64,000 bases of DNA from the human T2T-CHM13v2.0 reference genome, Homo sapiens, in the NCBI RefSeq assembly GCF_009914755.1, contig NC_060938.1. One strand, written 5' to 3'. Shown here one piece after another: positions 1 through 13,384 of this stretch. The position numbers and the translations under genes are program-made. Under the pieces are notes generated by a model. It worked only from the letters and a program-made list of their open reading frames with translations. It did no database searches and was not told the DNA's origin. How positions within the stretch are numbered: position 1 is the first letter of the stretch; each line of letters starts with the position of its first letter.

Positions 1-442
1 TAACTAAGGTCAAATGCGAGCAAGTGGCTGAGCTAGAAGCTGAATCTTGATTTGCCTGACTCCTGTGTTTTTTCTACTAAGTAACTTCTGCCGGATTTGT
101 GACAATTCTTGCAGACATTTACCCCGTAGTTCCCGAGCATCAATCCTCAGACTACAGCTAGTGGGGAAGCTGCACTTCATGGCATTGGATCTTTTATTTT
201 TTTCTTAAACCATTTAGCACTTCAGCATTTATGCTAAATTCATCATGCCATGTGTTTTTCTGGATACATTTTATTTTCAAATGCTTCTATGATTGAATTA
301 AAGAAATCAATTCCTATTTCAGTGTGACTATTTTTCCTATACTCTTCTTAGATGAATCTGTGACAAGAGAAGGGTTAAAAATCAATTTCATGTCAGTGAG
401 CGGGTCATTGTTATTAGTACTTTTTAAGTACTTTGATATAAC

Positions 443-600
443 TTTGTTTTTTTGGAAGTGGGGTCTTGCTGTGTTTCCCAGACTGGAATGCAGTGTCATG
501 ATCATGACTCACTGCATCCTCGAACTCCTGGACTCAAGAGATCCTCCTGCCTCAGCCTCCTGAGTTGTTAGAATTACAGTCACCAGGCACTGTGCCCAGC
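443..600 (-). mobile_element. Old Alu monomer (FLAM/FRAM-like), antisense
   Basis: T-tract followed by GGGTCTTGCTGTGTTTCCCAGACTGGAATGCAGTG...GATCCTCCTGCCTCAGCCTCC; a single diverged monomer. Confidence 0.8.
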
Positions 601-2845
601 TCTCTATATATTATTACAGAATATTATTTCATAAGCAAAATTGCAAACATAAAAAATTGAAAGTGCTTAGCAATAATAAAGCTCCATTCTAGAAATGTAG
701 AAATTATTAAAAATTGTATATTTTAGTTATTCATGGATAATGCAAATATAACAGCCATTTTGTGCAAAATATATGATAAATCAGAGTAAACTTAAGAATG
801 TCCATGTAAATTAATTTAATAGTTTTCATGCTTTCCCCAAATATGCTGAAAAGGTCTCACTTGCCCTAGGGAAGTACATACACATAAAGCATGCCTTAGT
901 GAGGTCTGCAGTTTTGCTAAAATAAATCACTACTTTCCAACATTAAGGGGAAACAGTAATTTATAGGACTGCAGTGAATACAAGTTTTTTAAATTATGGT
1001 CTGTCCTAGGGGAAAACTACCCCTGTACAAATGTATTTACAAGAAAATAGTTGGAAAAGTTTGGAAGCCTGCGCACTGTGGCATAATCTTTTATTACCAT
1101 AATTATTTGCCTAAGTTAAGGTGCTTATCAGACTTGATCTCAGCCCTAAGAAAATTTGAAGTAGTAAAATAGCATTCAAGTAAGACCTACATCATTACAG
1201 CAATATCCCTGATTCTTCAGATTTGAGGAGCGCTAAAGTTTTCTGAGCTCTTTTATCATACTGCCTCTCCAATGAGGTTCCTTACCTAGAATAAATAAGA
1301 AATTAAAATATACTGATTTATAAGCCATTTGACAAGAGTAATTTGTAAATTAGGTTGGACCTAAGGATGAACTATGATGGTTTTATTGAGAAGATTACAA
1401 CTAGTGTCCAGTCTCTGTAGGGAATTTTCTTCCCTCTAGCCAGAGCACATTTGAAAACTTTTCCTTTTATGGCTTTAGTTAAAGAAGAGAGTTGACCTCT
1501 ACACAAACTCTCATGAGCACACATAGAGTTGTGTGGGGTTTTTCTTTTCTGTCACCCCCCATCACTTCATATTTTAGACAACCTAGGCCGAGGGTCCCCC
1601 ATGTTCATCCCTTTCCTGCTGAGACCTAGGTCTCTTTGGAGCAGACTCCTTCCCTAGATTAATCCCATTGTCTGACTTTTCAACATCCCACAAAGGGCTG
1701 CTATGTCCTAATCAAACAAACAAACAAACAAAGAAAAAACACACATGGTTACATGGATTGGAGCCACTTAAAGTTCACGTTCTCGGACTTCTCCCCTCCC
1801 CTTGCCCTAGAGCTGTCCCATGGGATGCCCTTGGCAGCCTTCTCTTCCATCCTCTTCAAAGGCTCCACCTCCCTCAGACCCAACCACCTCCCTTCATCCC
1901 TATTCTCAACTGACAACTTCCCCGCTCACAAGCTAATCTACTCCTCACCCACCTTCATTCCTTTTTTTCCTTTCCTTTCATTCTAGGGGACAAGGCTACT
2001 CCTACCACTTCCCTCAGGAATCTTGTTCCATTAACTATTATCTCTCTGGTATTAATGTTCTATCTCTCCTTGATTGATTCTTTCCCTTAGCAGACACAGA
2101 CCCTCTTGGATTTCCTGCCACCTCCCTGGTCCACATCTTGGGCTGACGGTCCTTAAATGTAGGTGGTCCCAGGCTGTTTTTGAAGCTCTCTTCTTTTATT
2201 ACTCTCTATACTTTTCTTTGATATCCCCATATTTACCCTGTAACAGTCAGGATTCAGTCAGGAGATGGAACCACACCAGTTATGTTAACTGAGATAAATT
2301 AATATGAAGAATTGTTAACTATGTATAAAGTTGTTAACTAAGTAACCCAAAGAGTGAAAAGAAAACTCTAAGACATGGCAAAAGTAGCACCTGCAGGAAG
2401 CAACTCCACCTCTAGGGCTGAAAGGACAAAGGAAGAAGCTGGAATTACTAAAACCAGAATGTAGAAAAGAGACTGCCTAGTGAGGGACCCAGACCTTGGA
2501 AGAGGGGACATAGTTGGTCACTGCTAGTGTCTCTAAGCGGGGGTAAGAGGAAGCCGGTTTTGCAAGTGTTAAAAAAAAACTACACACTGGCCCCAACAGC
2601 TGTTACTGGAATGATCTGCAACTGCTGGAGGGAAGCAGTGAGGTTGCAGGGAGACTCACATCCTGTCCTCCCTCCAGCCCTGCAGCTTCCCTCTATTAGC
2701 AGAGCCTAAGAAAAAGCCAAACGGTCAAGCAGAAATGAGGTTTGCAGAGTCCTAGCTCCAGCATCAGAAAGCATGTATGGAGAGCACATTTGGAAGAAAA
2801 TATAAAAATGGGCACAACTCCACAGCCTCAAATATCACTGGAAGG

Positions 2846-3122
2846 GGCCGGGCACGGTGGCTCATGCCTGTAATCCCAGCACTTTGGGAGGCCGAGGCGG
2901 GTGGATCATTTGATGTCAGGAGTTCGAGACTAGCCTGGCCAACATGGTGAAACCCTGTCTCTACTAAAAATACAAATATTAGCCGGGTGTGTAATCCCAG
3001 CTACTCAAGAGGCTAAGGCAGGAGAATCACTTGAACCTGGGAGGTGGATGTTGCAGTGAGCCGAGATTGTGCCATTTCACTCCAGCCTGGGCAACAGAGC
3101 GAGACTCCGTCTCAAAGATAAA

Positions 3123-3153
<31 letters not shown>

Positions 3154-3157
3154 AAAA
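2846..3157 (+). mobile_element. AluS element with (TAAA)n tail
   Basis: Starts GGCCGGGCACGGTGGCTCATGCCTGTAATCCCAGC; dimeric with a small deletion at the start of the right arm; approximate TSD CACTGGA on both sides. Confidence 0.93.
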
Positions 3158-3159
3158 CC

Positions 3160-4040
3160 ACTGGAGGATTCAACAATCTGTTTCCCTAGCCCAAGTTTCT
3201 CTCTTGAACTCCAGGCTTTTTTAACCAGCCTCCTGTTGGAATATTTCTTTGCATGCCCTATGGTTACTTCAGACTCATTATGTTCTAAATTGCTCTCATT
3301 ACCTTTCTCTTTCCCAGCCTGTCCTCTTCTTCCACCCTGCTCTCTCCATGTGAATGAGTACCACCGTTATGTCTTTATGAAATGCATAAATGTTATTTCA
3401 TCAGTACACCTCTGGCCTTTTGCGCTCAAATTGAATCAATCATTAGAGCCCTTTCACTTCCCTTAATATCTCTCAAATCAGTTCCCTCCTCTTCAGTCCC
3501 ATTTCTACTCTCTTAGTCTCTACCCCCTGTCATTTCCTACCAGATTAAAACATCGTCTACTAACTGGTCTTGCTGTCTCACATTTTACTCTGCTGCCATA
3601 CTCTGGGCTCTAATTTCCTGACAGTGATCCCCTATACAAGCAGAATGATCTTCCTTAAATGCAAATCTTGTCACCCTGCTCCCTGCCTAAAATCCTTTAC
3701 GGGCTTCTCCCAATCTTCAAAATTCCTTTCTCTTTGGTATGACTTAGAAAGTTGTCCAGCTTTAATTCTAGCCTCTACTTCTGTCCCCACCCTCTTTCCT
3801 CATTTCAATCCAAATTCAATCATCTGAGCATACCGCACTACCTAGCTTTCTTCAGCCTTGCCATGTTCTTCATGGCCTCTGCATGTTTGTACATCCCCTT
3901 GCCTTTTCTGGGTTGATCTTCCTATTTCTCACTTCTGACCCTTCTTCCCCTTTCTAACTTTTTTCCACCCTTCAAGATTGAACACAAGTTTTAACTCCTA
4001 GGGGTATTTTCTCTGTCTCAGCCCTCATGCCCGCCCCTGG
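3160..4040. mobile_element. Degenerate L2 LINE fragment
   Basis: Pyrimidine-rich L2-like motifs, e.g. CAGAATGATCTTCCTTAAATGCAAATCTTGTCACCCTGCTCCCTGCCTAAAATCCTT. Confidence 0.6.
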
Positions 4041-4099
4041 TCTGTCAGGGTCTCTCCCTTGAGCCCCCACACCCCTTCATGTTGGGCTTCTTGGGGCTA

Positions 4100-4290
4100 T
4101 TCCTGAGTGGTTAGGAGTGAGAGTTCTGAAGCCAGACACTGTGTTCAATTTCCAGCACTTCATATTGCTGTACGTGTGACCTCGGGAAAGTTATTTAGCC
4201 ATGCCACCCTCAATCCCTGCATATGTAAACCAGGGCTTATAATAATACCTTCTGATAGGTGGTTATGAAGATTAAATGAGAGATATGCAA
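4100..4290 (+). mobile_element. MIR SINE
   Basis: MIR core: GTGTGACCTCGGGAAAGTTATTT...GTTATGAAGATTAAATGAGA. Confidence 0.7.
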
Positions 4291-6189
4291 AAGCCCAATT
4301 CCAGTTTTTGATCATTCTTTTCAAAGTGTCTCACATAATTCTCTGGCTACTGGTACATGTAGATTATTAAAACCAGGGCACAAATTGATAGTGCACTGCT
4401 TTATCACAACACTGCTGTTCTGCTAAAACCCTCAGCCACATTTATCTCAGAAGGGCCAGGACCAGATGGACACTATCATTGACTTGAGTCTATAATTATT
4501 TGGGGATGGGCTCAAGTCTTGCATTTTTGTTTTTTAAGATACTAGGGTCTTCCACTCTCTTTAGGAAAAAGAGCGAATGCTTTGCCAGCCCTATTATCCT
4601 CTGACTGGTGTTAAAGCGCATTTAGTGGGAATGTCATTAACTTTTTCATGGGAAAGATGAAATTGGCCAGCACCCTGTTTCTCCCTTCCAGTTTTGCTGT
4701 GCTCCTGGCTGTGCCTAGAGAGGGAAATCCAATGAAGCGTGAGGTCAGGCAGCCCAAGCTCTTCCCCAGGGTGCACTCAGCCAGCAGGCCTCGGTCCTAC
4801 CTTGAGGCAAACACTCCTTCTAAATGTTTATTTATGCTTTTGAACCCAAGGTCCAATGGGAACATGAAACATATGATTCCAAAAGAGATTACCCCCCACG
4901 GATTTCTTCTACCACACACAGAGAAAAGGAAAACCATGTATAAGCCAATAGTTGGGAACTTCTCCAGAGAGCTTCTGACCGCCATGTATGAAGCCCTTAA
5001 ATATAGCTGTGGGGAGAGCAATGCCCAGGGAAGGCACGTGGACAGAATGAAGGCGCAGGCGTGTATTTTGTTTTAATTTTCTTTTCACCAGACCTATCCT
5101 TGACTTTTCACAGATTTCCCCAGCCGAAGAATCAGGATGGATGATAACATGGGAGAAAAATGTTCCACTGTGGCCAATCTGTGTTCCTCCGGAGAGTCAC
5201 TTATATGCACGTGGATGGGCAGCCGGGAGCCCTGGTTGGACCATGAAGCAGCTGGGGAGGTCAGGCTGCTCCCTGGGAGCTGGGATGGAGTGACCTCTGT
5301 CTTTTGGTTCTCTGGCTTTGGTCCCACAGCAGACTGTCACCTCAGATGGCCTCACTGAGTCAGAATGAGTTACTGGCAAGTTAGCAACAGTCAAGCTATA
5401 TGATGTCCTCCTGTGTCCCCCTCTGAGAACACTGAGAGTCTGACACTCCTACTGCTAGGCTGTGAAAATGACTAAGAAAAATGTAGTAGGGATGGCTTTT
5501 TAAAAAGCATGACAAGTTTTTTAGCCTTGCTCAAAAAATACCTCTCCTTAAGGAAAAAAAGCAAGAGGACCTGAGCATAGGCGTGGGGGTGGGAGGGAGC
5601 TAAAATACTAATGTCTCTAGGGGAAGTTGCCTTCAAAGGAATATAGGACTGCAGGGTGACTCATGTTCCCTGGAAATGGTTTATGTTCTAATACTGAATC
5701 TGTAGAATCACAAAACCAGATTGTATGCAAGCATTTTGCACATGTTCATCATCATTGTTACATGTCACAAGTATATTACTTTTATAACAAAAGTCTTATA
5801 ACCAAGTTGTGTCTTTACTTTTTATTCTTCCACACTGCAGCTCCCCCTGCCTGGCATGTAGAAGGATAATCAGAGTGCTGGTCCTGCATGAAAGGAAGCT
5901 ATCACAAACTATTAATGAGAGATGTTTGAGCCATTTTAAAATTGGTGAGAGATAAAATTTTTATTTTTTAAAATTAGAGTCAGCTTGTAGTTATTCACTG
6001 TAAAGAAATAAAGAAAAACATATAAGCTTAAATAGTTGGCTTTCGAATATATTTTATATAAATATATTTGAGTGTATTTATTTCTACTTCTGAATATAGT
6101 TTTCATCTAGGATTTTGGGAAGCCAAGTAATTTCCTACAAACTAAATGAAGTACATTGACTTCATACCTTTAAAAAAAACCCAAAAAAG

Positions 6190-6533
<344 letters not shown>

Positions 6534-6689
6534 TCAGAAGCCCTATATGTAAAATAGGTATAAATGGAGCAGCTTTGGTTGAAGCAGAAATTACAGGCCT
6601 TAAGCCGAGCCCTCTTGGCTGTCATGTGCACCTCATAGCAACACAAAAGGTGCTCTGGAGACAGCAGTTTACATAAGAAAATGAACACA

Positions 6690-7830
6690 CACAAAGATGT
6701 TCACCATCATTAGCCACTAGGGAAATTCAGATGAAAACCGCAATGAGATATCACTGCACACCTATCAGAATAGCTAAAATAAAGAAGGGTGATGATACAA
6801 ATACTGGCAAAGATAGGGAGAAACTATGTCACTCGTGCACTACTGGTGGGAATGTAAAATGGTATAGCCACTCTGGAAAGCAGTTTGGCAGTTGCTTAAA
6901 AAGCTAAACACGTAACTATGCAACCAAACAATTGCACTCCTGGGCATTAATCCCAGAGAAGTGACAACTTATGTTCACACAAAAACCTGTACGCTAGAGT
7001 TCATATGAGCTCTATTTGTAATAACCCCCAAATGGAAATAACCTAGATGTCTTTCAACAGATGAATAGGTTAAACTGCAATACATCTATATGATAGAATA
7101 CCACTCAGCTATACAAAGAAGCCAATTATTAACACATCAAACCTGGGTGAATCTCCAGAGGATTATACCATGTGAATAAAGCTGATACCAAAATGTTGCA
7201 TACTGTATGATTCCATTTATATAACATTCTTAAAATGTCAAAATTATAGAAATGGACAAAAGATTCATGTTTTCTAAGGGTTAAGAATGTGGGAGGGAAG
7301 TGGAAATGGCTTTAAAGGGCATGAAGGATTGTGTTGGTGATGAAACGACCTGTATTTTGTCTGTATCTACATCAATATTCTGGATGTAATAGTGTACCAT
7401 AGTTTTGCAAGACGTTGCTATTGGTAAAACTGGGTTAAAAGTACATGAGATTGGCCGGGCGCGGTGGCTCACGCCTGTAATCCCAGCACTTTGGGAGGCC
7501 GAGGCGGGCAGATTACGAGGTCAGGAGATCGAGACCATCCTGGCTAACATGGTGAAACCCCATCTCTACTAAAAATACAAAAAATTAGCCGGGCATGGTG
7601 GTGGGCGCCTGTAGTCCCAGCTACTCAGGGGGCTGAGGCAGGAGAATGGCCTGAACCCAGGAGGCGGGCTTGCAGTGAGCCAAGATTGTGCCACTGCACT
7701 CCAGCCTGGGCGGCAGAGTGAGACTCCATCTCAAAAAAAATAAATAAATAAAATAAAATAAAAGTACATGGCGTCTCTGTATTATTTCTTACAACTGCAT
7801 GGGAATCAAAAACTTTTTCAGAATAAAAAA
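6690..7830 (+). mobile_element. Old L1 (L1M) ORF2 end and 3' UTR, interrupted by an AluY
   Basis: CTGGTGGGAATGTAAAATGGTATAGCCACTCTGGAAAGCAGTTTGGCAGTT and TACTGTATGATTCCATTTATATAACATTCT are typical L1M 3' motifs. Confidence 0.8.
7453..7760 (+). mobile_element. AluY inserted into L1
   Basis: Full dimer with CACCATCCTGGCTAACATGG-type and GAGAATGGC diagnostics; TSD AAAAGTACATG. Confidence 0.93.
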
Positions 7831-8264
7831 TCTATAATAATATTTTAATCCTAAAAAGATGATCTCTCGAAATCCTGTGTTCAACTGTAACTTGGATGTC
7901 ACTTGTTTCACCCTGTTCAGACTGATTCATGCATCACTCTAGTGATGGCAGTGTGCCCTTCAGACAAATGTCAGGTTACAGGTGAAGTTCAACTTCCCTC
8001 CTTCTAATCCAGTAAAAAGCACTTACTTGAGTTAATATCATGAATCAATGAAGTATTCAGTGCTGGAAATGAACCTACTGTTTTGTTTTGTTTTTTTTTA
8101 AGTTCATACCTCCTCTGAACTAGATAGGCATTTAAGTGATAAAGCAGAGGAAGCAAGAAGGAGATATCAATGAGAAATGATTGGTTGGTTGGATCATGGC
8201 ATGTACCTACCTCACTTCAAAAAGTGATTTAGGATATGTTATTTTAAAAATACGTGTTCTATAT

Positions 8265-8735
8265 TGTGGTAGGCCGAGTGGTAGTCCTCCAAAGAGGTCC
8301 ATGTCTTAATCCTCAGAACATGTGAATATGTCACCTTGCATGGTAAAAGGAACTTTGCAGATGTGACTAAGTTAAGGATCTTGAGATGAGAGATTAGCCT
8401 GTATTATGCAGGTGGGCCTGATGTAATTGTAAGGTTCCTTACAAAAAGGAGGGAGGAGTTCAGAGAGAGGAGAAGAGAATTTGTTAAGGAAAGCAGATAT
8501 TGGAATGATATGGCCATAGCCAAGGAAACTGGCAGCCACTGGAAGCTGGGTGAGGCAAGGAATATTCCCTCTGAAGCCATCAGAAGGAATCAGCCCTGCT
8601 GACACCTTGATTTTAGCCCTATAAGATTCATTTCTGATTTCTGACTTCCAAAGTTTAAGAGAAGAATAAATATGTGTTGTCTTAAATCACTGCATTTGTG
8701 GTAATTTGTTACAATAGCAACAAGAAATTAATTGA
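8265..8735 (+). mobile_element. MLT1 (MaLR) solo LTR
   Basis: GGAACTTTGCAGATGTGACTAAGTTAAGGATCTTGAGATG and terminal TTTGTGGTAATTTGTTACAATAGCAACAAGAAA match the MLT1 pattern. Confidence 0.8.
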
Positions 8736-8992
8736 AGGAGAAGAAAATAAAGAGGGGAAAATATGATGAAGCAATAGCTTACTCTTTCTTGTGTCTAATT
8801 TTATTGAAATACTAATTTGAAAGCAAGATTTACTTCTTATAAACTCTATGTAGACTGTGCACTTGAAAGCTTACCAAACAAAACAAAAACAAAAAAATCA
8901 GTCAACTCGCGTAGCGAGACATTGTATAATCTCTAATAATTAACTTTTTTGTACTCTGCCAGTAAAAAAGCTCATATTAGAAATTATTTTTA

Positions 8993-9284
8993 GGTCAGGT
9001 GCAGTGACTCACATCTGCAATCCCAGCACTTTGGGAGGCCAAGATGGGCAGATCACTTGAAGCCAGGAGTTCAAGACCAGCCTGGCCAACATGGTGAAAC
9101 CCCATCACTAATAAAAATATGAAAATTAGCCAGGCACGGTGGCCTGTAGCTACTCAAGAGGCTGAGGCAGGAGGATCCTTTCAACATGGGAGGCAGAGGC
9201 TGCAGTGAGCTGAGATCACGCTACTGCACTCCAGGCTAGGTGACAGTCTTGACTCTGTCCCCCCCCGCCCCCCAAAAAAAGAAA
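8993..9284 (+). mobile_element. Older Alu (AluJ/AluS), diverged
   Basis: Dimeric Alu sequence with heavy CpG decay; tail partly replaced by a C-run. Confidence 0.88.
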
Positions 9285-9529
9285 ATGTATTAAGCACGTC
9301 TATCGTTTGTCATAGTCTCAGTAAGAGTTAAGCTCAATATTATCTCTTTATTTCCATTTTAGAAAACCAAGAACCAAGTAAATTACAATAAATTATTTAG
9401 AGCTTGGCATGCATTTCTCTATTCTTTCTCTATTTCATATTTTGAAGGCAGCTTTTTTTCATAACCTCTGGCATCATTCCCTTTACATTTAAATCATCAC
9501 CATTCATTCATTAAACAGGTAATTACTGC

Positions 9530-9613
9530 TATACATAAATATATATACCTATAGATACATATACACACATATAAAAATACACATATATGTACATATACAT
9601 ACACATACATATA
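9530..9613. repeat. (TA)/(CA)-rich simple repeat
   Basis: ATATATACCTATAGATACATATACACACATAT... read directly. Confidence 0.75.
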
Positions 9614-9774
9614 ATAGGAATTAAATTACTCCCCTTATTTATAGTAGACGTGTGAGAACAGTGAAGACACTGATTTTCAAAAAGGCGAATTCCAGAACAT
9701 GATACCTCTCATGGCCTAGAAAGTCTTTAGGATGTTGTTAAACAGTGGTTTGGGAGCATTTAGAAAAGACGTAT

Positions 9775-10158
<384 letters not shown>

Positions 10159-10524
10159 CTAATATAAGAGCTTTGGAACCTTCTCTTGTCCCAGTATATG
10201 CCACATCCCACAGGCTCCAACTGGCATAGGACTGTGTTTCAGAGAGTGCCTATTAGCATGTGAATGACTCGAGAAGAAACAATGTTCTTGCCAAGATTAC
10301 ATACGTATGGCTTAAAATATAATTACAATATGCTTTTAAAATATGCCACACATGTTTACAAACCACAGCACATCAGAGTATCTCTCTGAGGTCATCTAAC
10401 TCAGCCCTACAGAATCCTTCTACAGCATCTACTTGAATATCCCTAGAGAATGGGAATCTATACCCTCCCTGTTCAACCTATTCATTAGACAGTTAATTTA
10501 TATAGAATAAAACTCTGACCTTAA

Positions 10525-10902
<378 letters not shown>

Positions 10903-10926
10903 TAACACGTGAAGATAGTATAAGGC

Positions 10927-11311
10927 TATGTCAGACCGTTCTTGCATTGCTGTAAAGAAATACCCGAGACTGGGTAATTTATAAGAAATGAGATTTATTG
11001 GCTCACGGCTTTGCAAGCTGTCAACTGGAAGCATAGTGGCATCTGCTTCTGGGGAAACCTCAGGAAGTTTCCAATCATGATGAAAGGCAAAGGGGGAGCA
11101 GTCACATCACATGGCAAGAATAGGAGCAAGGGCCGGGGGAGGTGCCACACACTTTTAAATCATCAGATCTCACTCACGATGGTGAAGACAGCACCAAACC
11201 ATAAGGAATCTGCCCCCATGATCCAAACATCTCCCACCAGGCCCGCTTCCAGCATTGGGGATTACAATTCAACATGAGATTTGGGCAGGGACAAATATCC
11301 AAACTGTATCA
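10927..11311. mobile_element. MST (MaLR) solo LTR
   Basis: GAGACTGGGTAATTTATAAGAAA...AATTCAACATGAGATTTGGGCAGGGACAAATATCCAAACTGTATCA; near-identical 5-bp flanks AAGGC/CAGGC. Confidence 0.85.
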
Positions 11312-11849
11312 CAGGCCCTGCTTCCAAAATTTTTTTTTTCCCAAGTTAAACATACATTTTTTTCTTAACTTTCCTTCACAGGTCATTTTCCAGGCAGATC
11401 TAGCCATACTAATCTCTGCTGCAAATTTTTCTAAACCAATTTTATAATGTATTGCTCAGACCAGGACAAATACTCCAGATGTCATCTGCCACAACAGGTT
11501 ATAACAGTTATGAAGGTAATGCTCTGTATTCATCTGTGTGGCAGGAAATCTCATTAGCTTCATTGAAATAATTACACCAAATTATGTTCTTTTGTATCTT
11601 TTTCCAAGTAATCATAAAAAATGTTTTATAGAAAAAAATGTAAGGATTAAACGCTGTGATACTCTAAAAGAGATATCCTGCCACATAGATACTTAGGTTA
11701 TTGTGTTGGTTCAGCCAGCTGTGACTCCACCTCACAGTTCAATAAAGAGCCAGCATCTCTCCAGCCTCTTCAGAAGGCTGCGCTGGAGGACTTCCAACCA
11801 TGCTAGTCATGGTACATTATAGGTATGGCATTCCCCAGATGCAACAAAT

Positions 11850-12165
11850 CAATAATGAGGATAATTTGGCCTGTCTTACAATTACTGAACTACTTTTTTG
11901 ACTCCTAGCGATAACTTCTTTTCTAATGTTCTTCCACCATCTGTTTAAAATGAGCTCTTGAATTTTTCTAGGACATGATATCATCTTATAGGATTTGACC
12001 TTTTGAAAATCTGGATGAGGAGGTGTCTCCATTTTCCTAACATCAACTACCCCCCAACAGTTTTGAAGATTATATATAGCAGTTCTGAAAGCATCTCCAT
12101 ATTTGTTCATCACCCTGGGATAAAATTCATCTGGACTTACGAATTTGCACTAAACTAAAAACAAC
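11850..12165 (-). mobile_element. Ancient CR1/L3 LINE ORF2 fossil (pre-RT region)
   Basis: Minus-strand translation SPDEFYPRVMNKYGDAFRTAI..NCW...FQK...PRKIQELI...VIARSQ resembles CR1 ORF2 (GPDxxHPRVLKELA...IFKKG...PGKILEQI...SQHGF). Confidence 0.55.
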
Positions 12166-13384
12166 CAGAATTCAAAAGAACTCCCCTGCCTGCCAATGAC
12201 TTAGTGTCACATGATAACTGTGGCAGAAGGGGATCTGCAGTCACTAGGCTCTTTAAAGATACAACAGAGCAGCGTTGGTGGTACAAAGGGCTTCACAGCA
12301 AATGGCAGTAGATAAATCTGCTATTGTATCTTCTGATTATTAAGATAATTAAGATAATTAACTTTATTTGGGTTACTACGCTAGGAATTATCCTATTTCT
12401 TCATAACATGAGTTGTTAACTTTCTTGTTACCATTGAAATAGAATGCCACTAAGGCAGCTACCAGCATTTGTCACAAACATGAAACTAGCTCCTAAAATT
12501 TTAGGCCTTAAATATGGAGATAAATTTAGAAGACATTGTAGTATCTCCCCAACATCAATTTCAATCTCTCCTTTTGTATAGGTTGCATTGGGTGGGGTTG
12601 ACTTCACTCCCAACTCCAGGGGTGCCCCCAGGTTGCTTTGAACTCAATATGCCACAAAGATTGATTAGGGATGGACATATGACTTAATGCTGACCATCAA
12701 AGCAGGATTCAGGACATTTTTTCCATGGCTTTGAGGGGAAAAGCTACCTCCTTCCCCTGGCTGCTATCTCACCCACCTATTAATCCAGAGGAAAACCAGT
12801 TTGAAGATAAACTCTACACATGAGAGAGACCAGAATTTACACAAAACATAAGTAAACAAAAACACCACACTCACATTGAAACAGGGTCCTTGATCAAAAT
12901 AAATCTGAAGCTTACACTACTATGGGACCAGTCTTTCTCAAAGTTCAATAGAAGAAATAAGCCCTAAGATATACATTGCATGCAATAATGTAGCTTCTGT
13001 CCTATGCAACTGGAATGGTACTAAGTATGTCCTATCCTTGGGTGAACTGAGAAAAGTTACTCAAATTACTTTTATGTTCTGTGGTTCAAATGAGGAACTC
13101 TGGTTGCAAAAGCAATTTGACTCTGCAGTTGGGTGTACTGATAAGTCAGCTTTATTGTTTAGGCTAGTTAGAGTTGGGGTTTCCATTTCTTACAGCTGAA
13201 AGCTTCCTAACTAGTATAACGATCAATCTTTCTTGCACTCCCATCTGTTGCTCTGAATGCAATTTCAACAAAATTACTGGGAAATTTTCAAAAAAATTAC
13301 CAGAAAATCTGGCTCAGCAGATGCAGAATTCTGTAGGTTATCTGCTGTATCCTCACTTGATTCATTTCTCAGACATTCAAAAAT

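Noticed and set aside
4648-5076. 142-aa ATG ORF with a hydrophobic N-terminus resembling a signal peptide
   Set aside because: No recognisable domain, promoter context or exon structure; an ORF of this size is compatible with chance in 64 kb.
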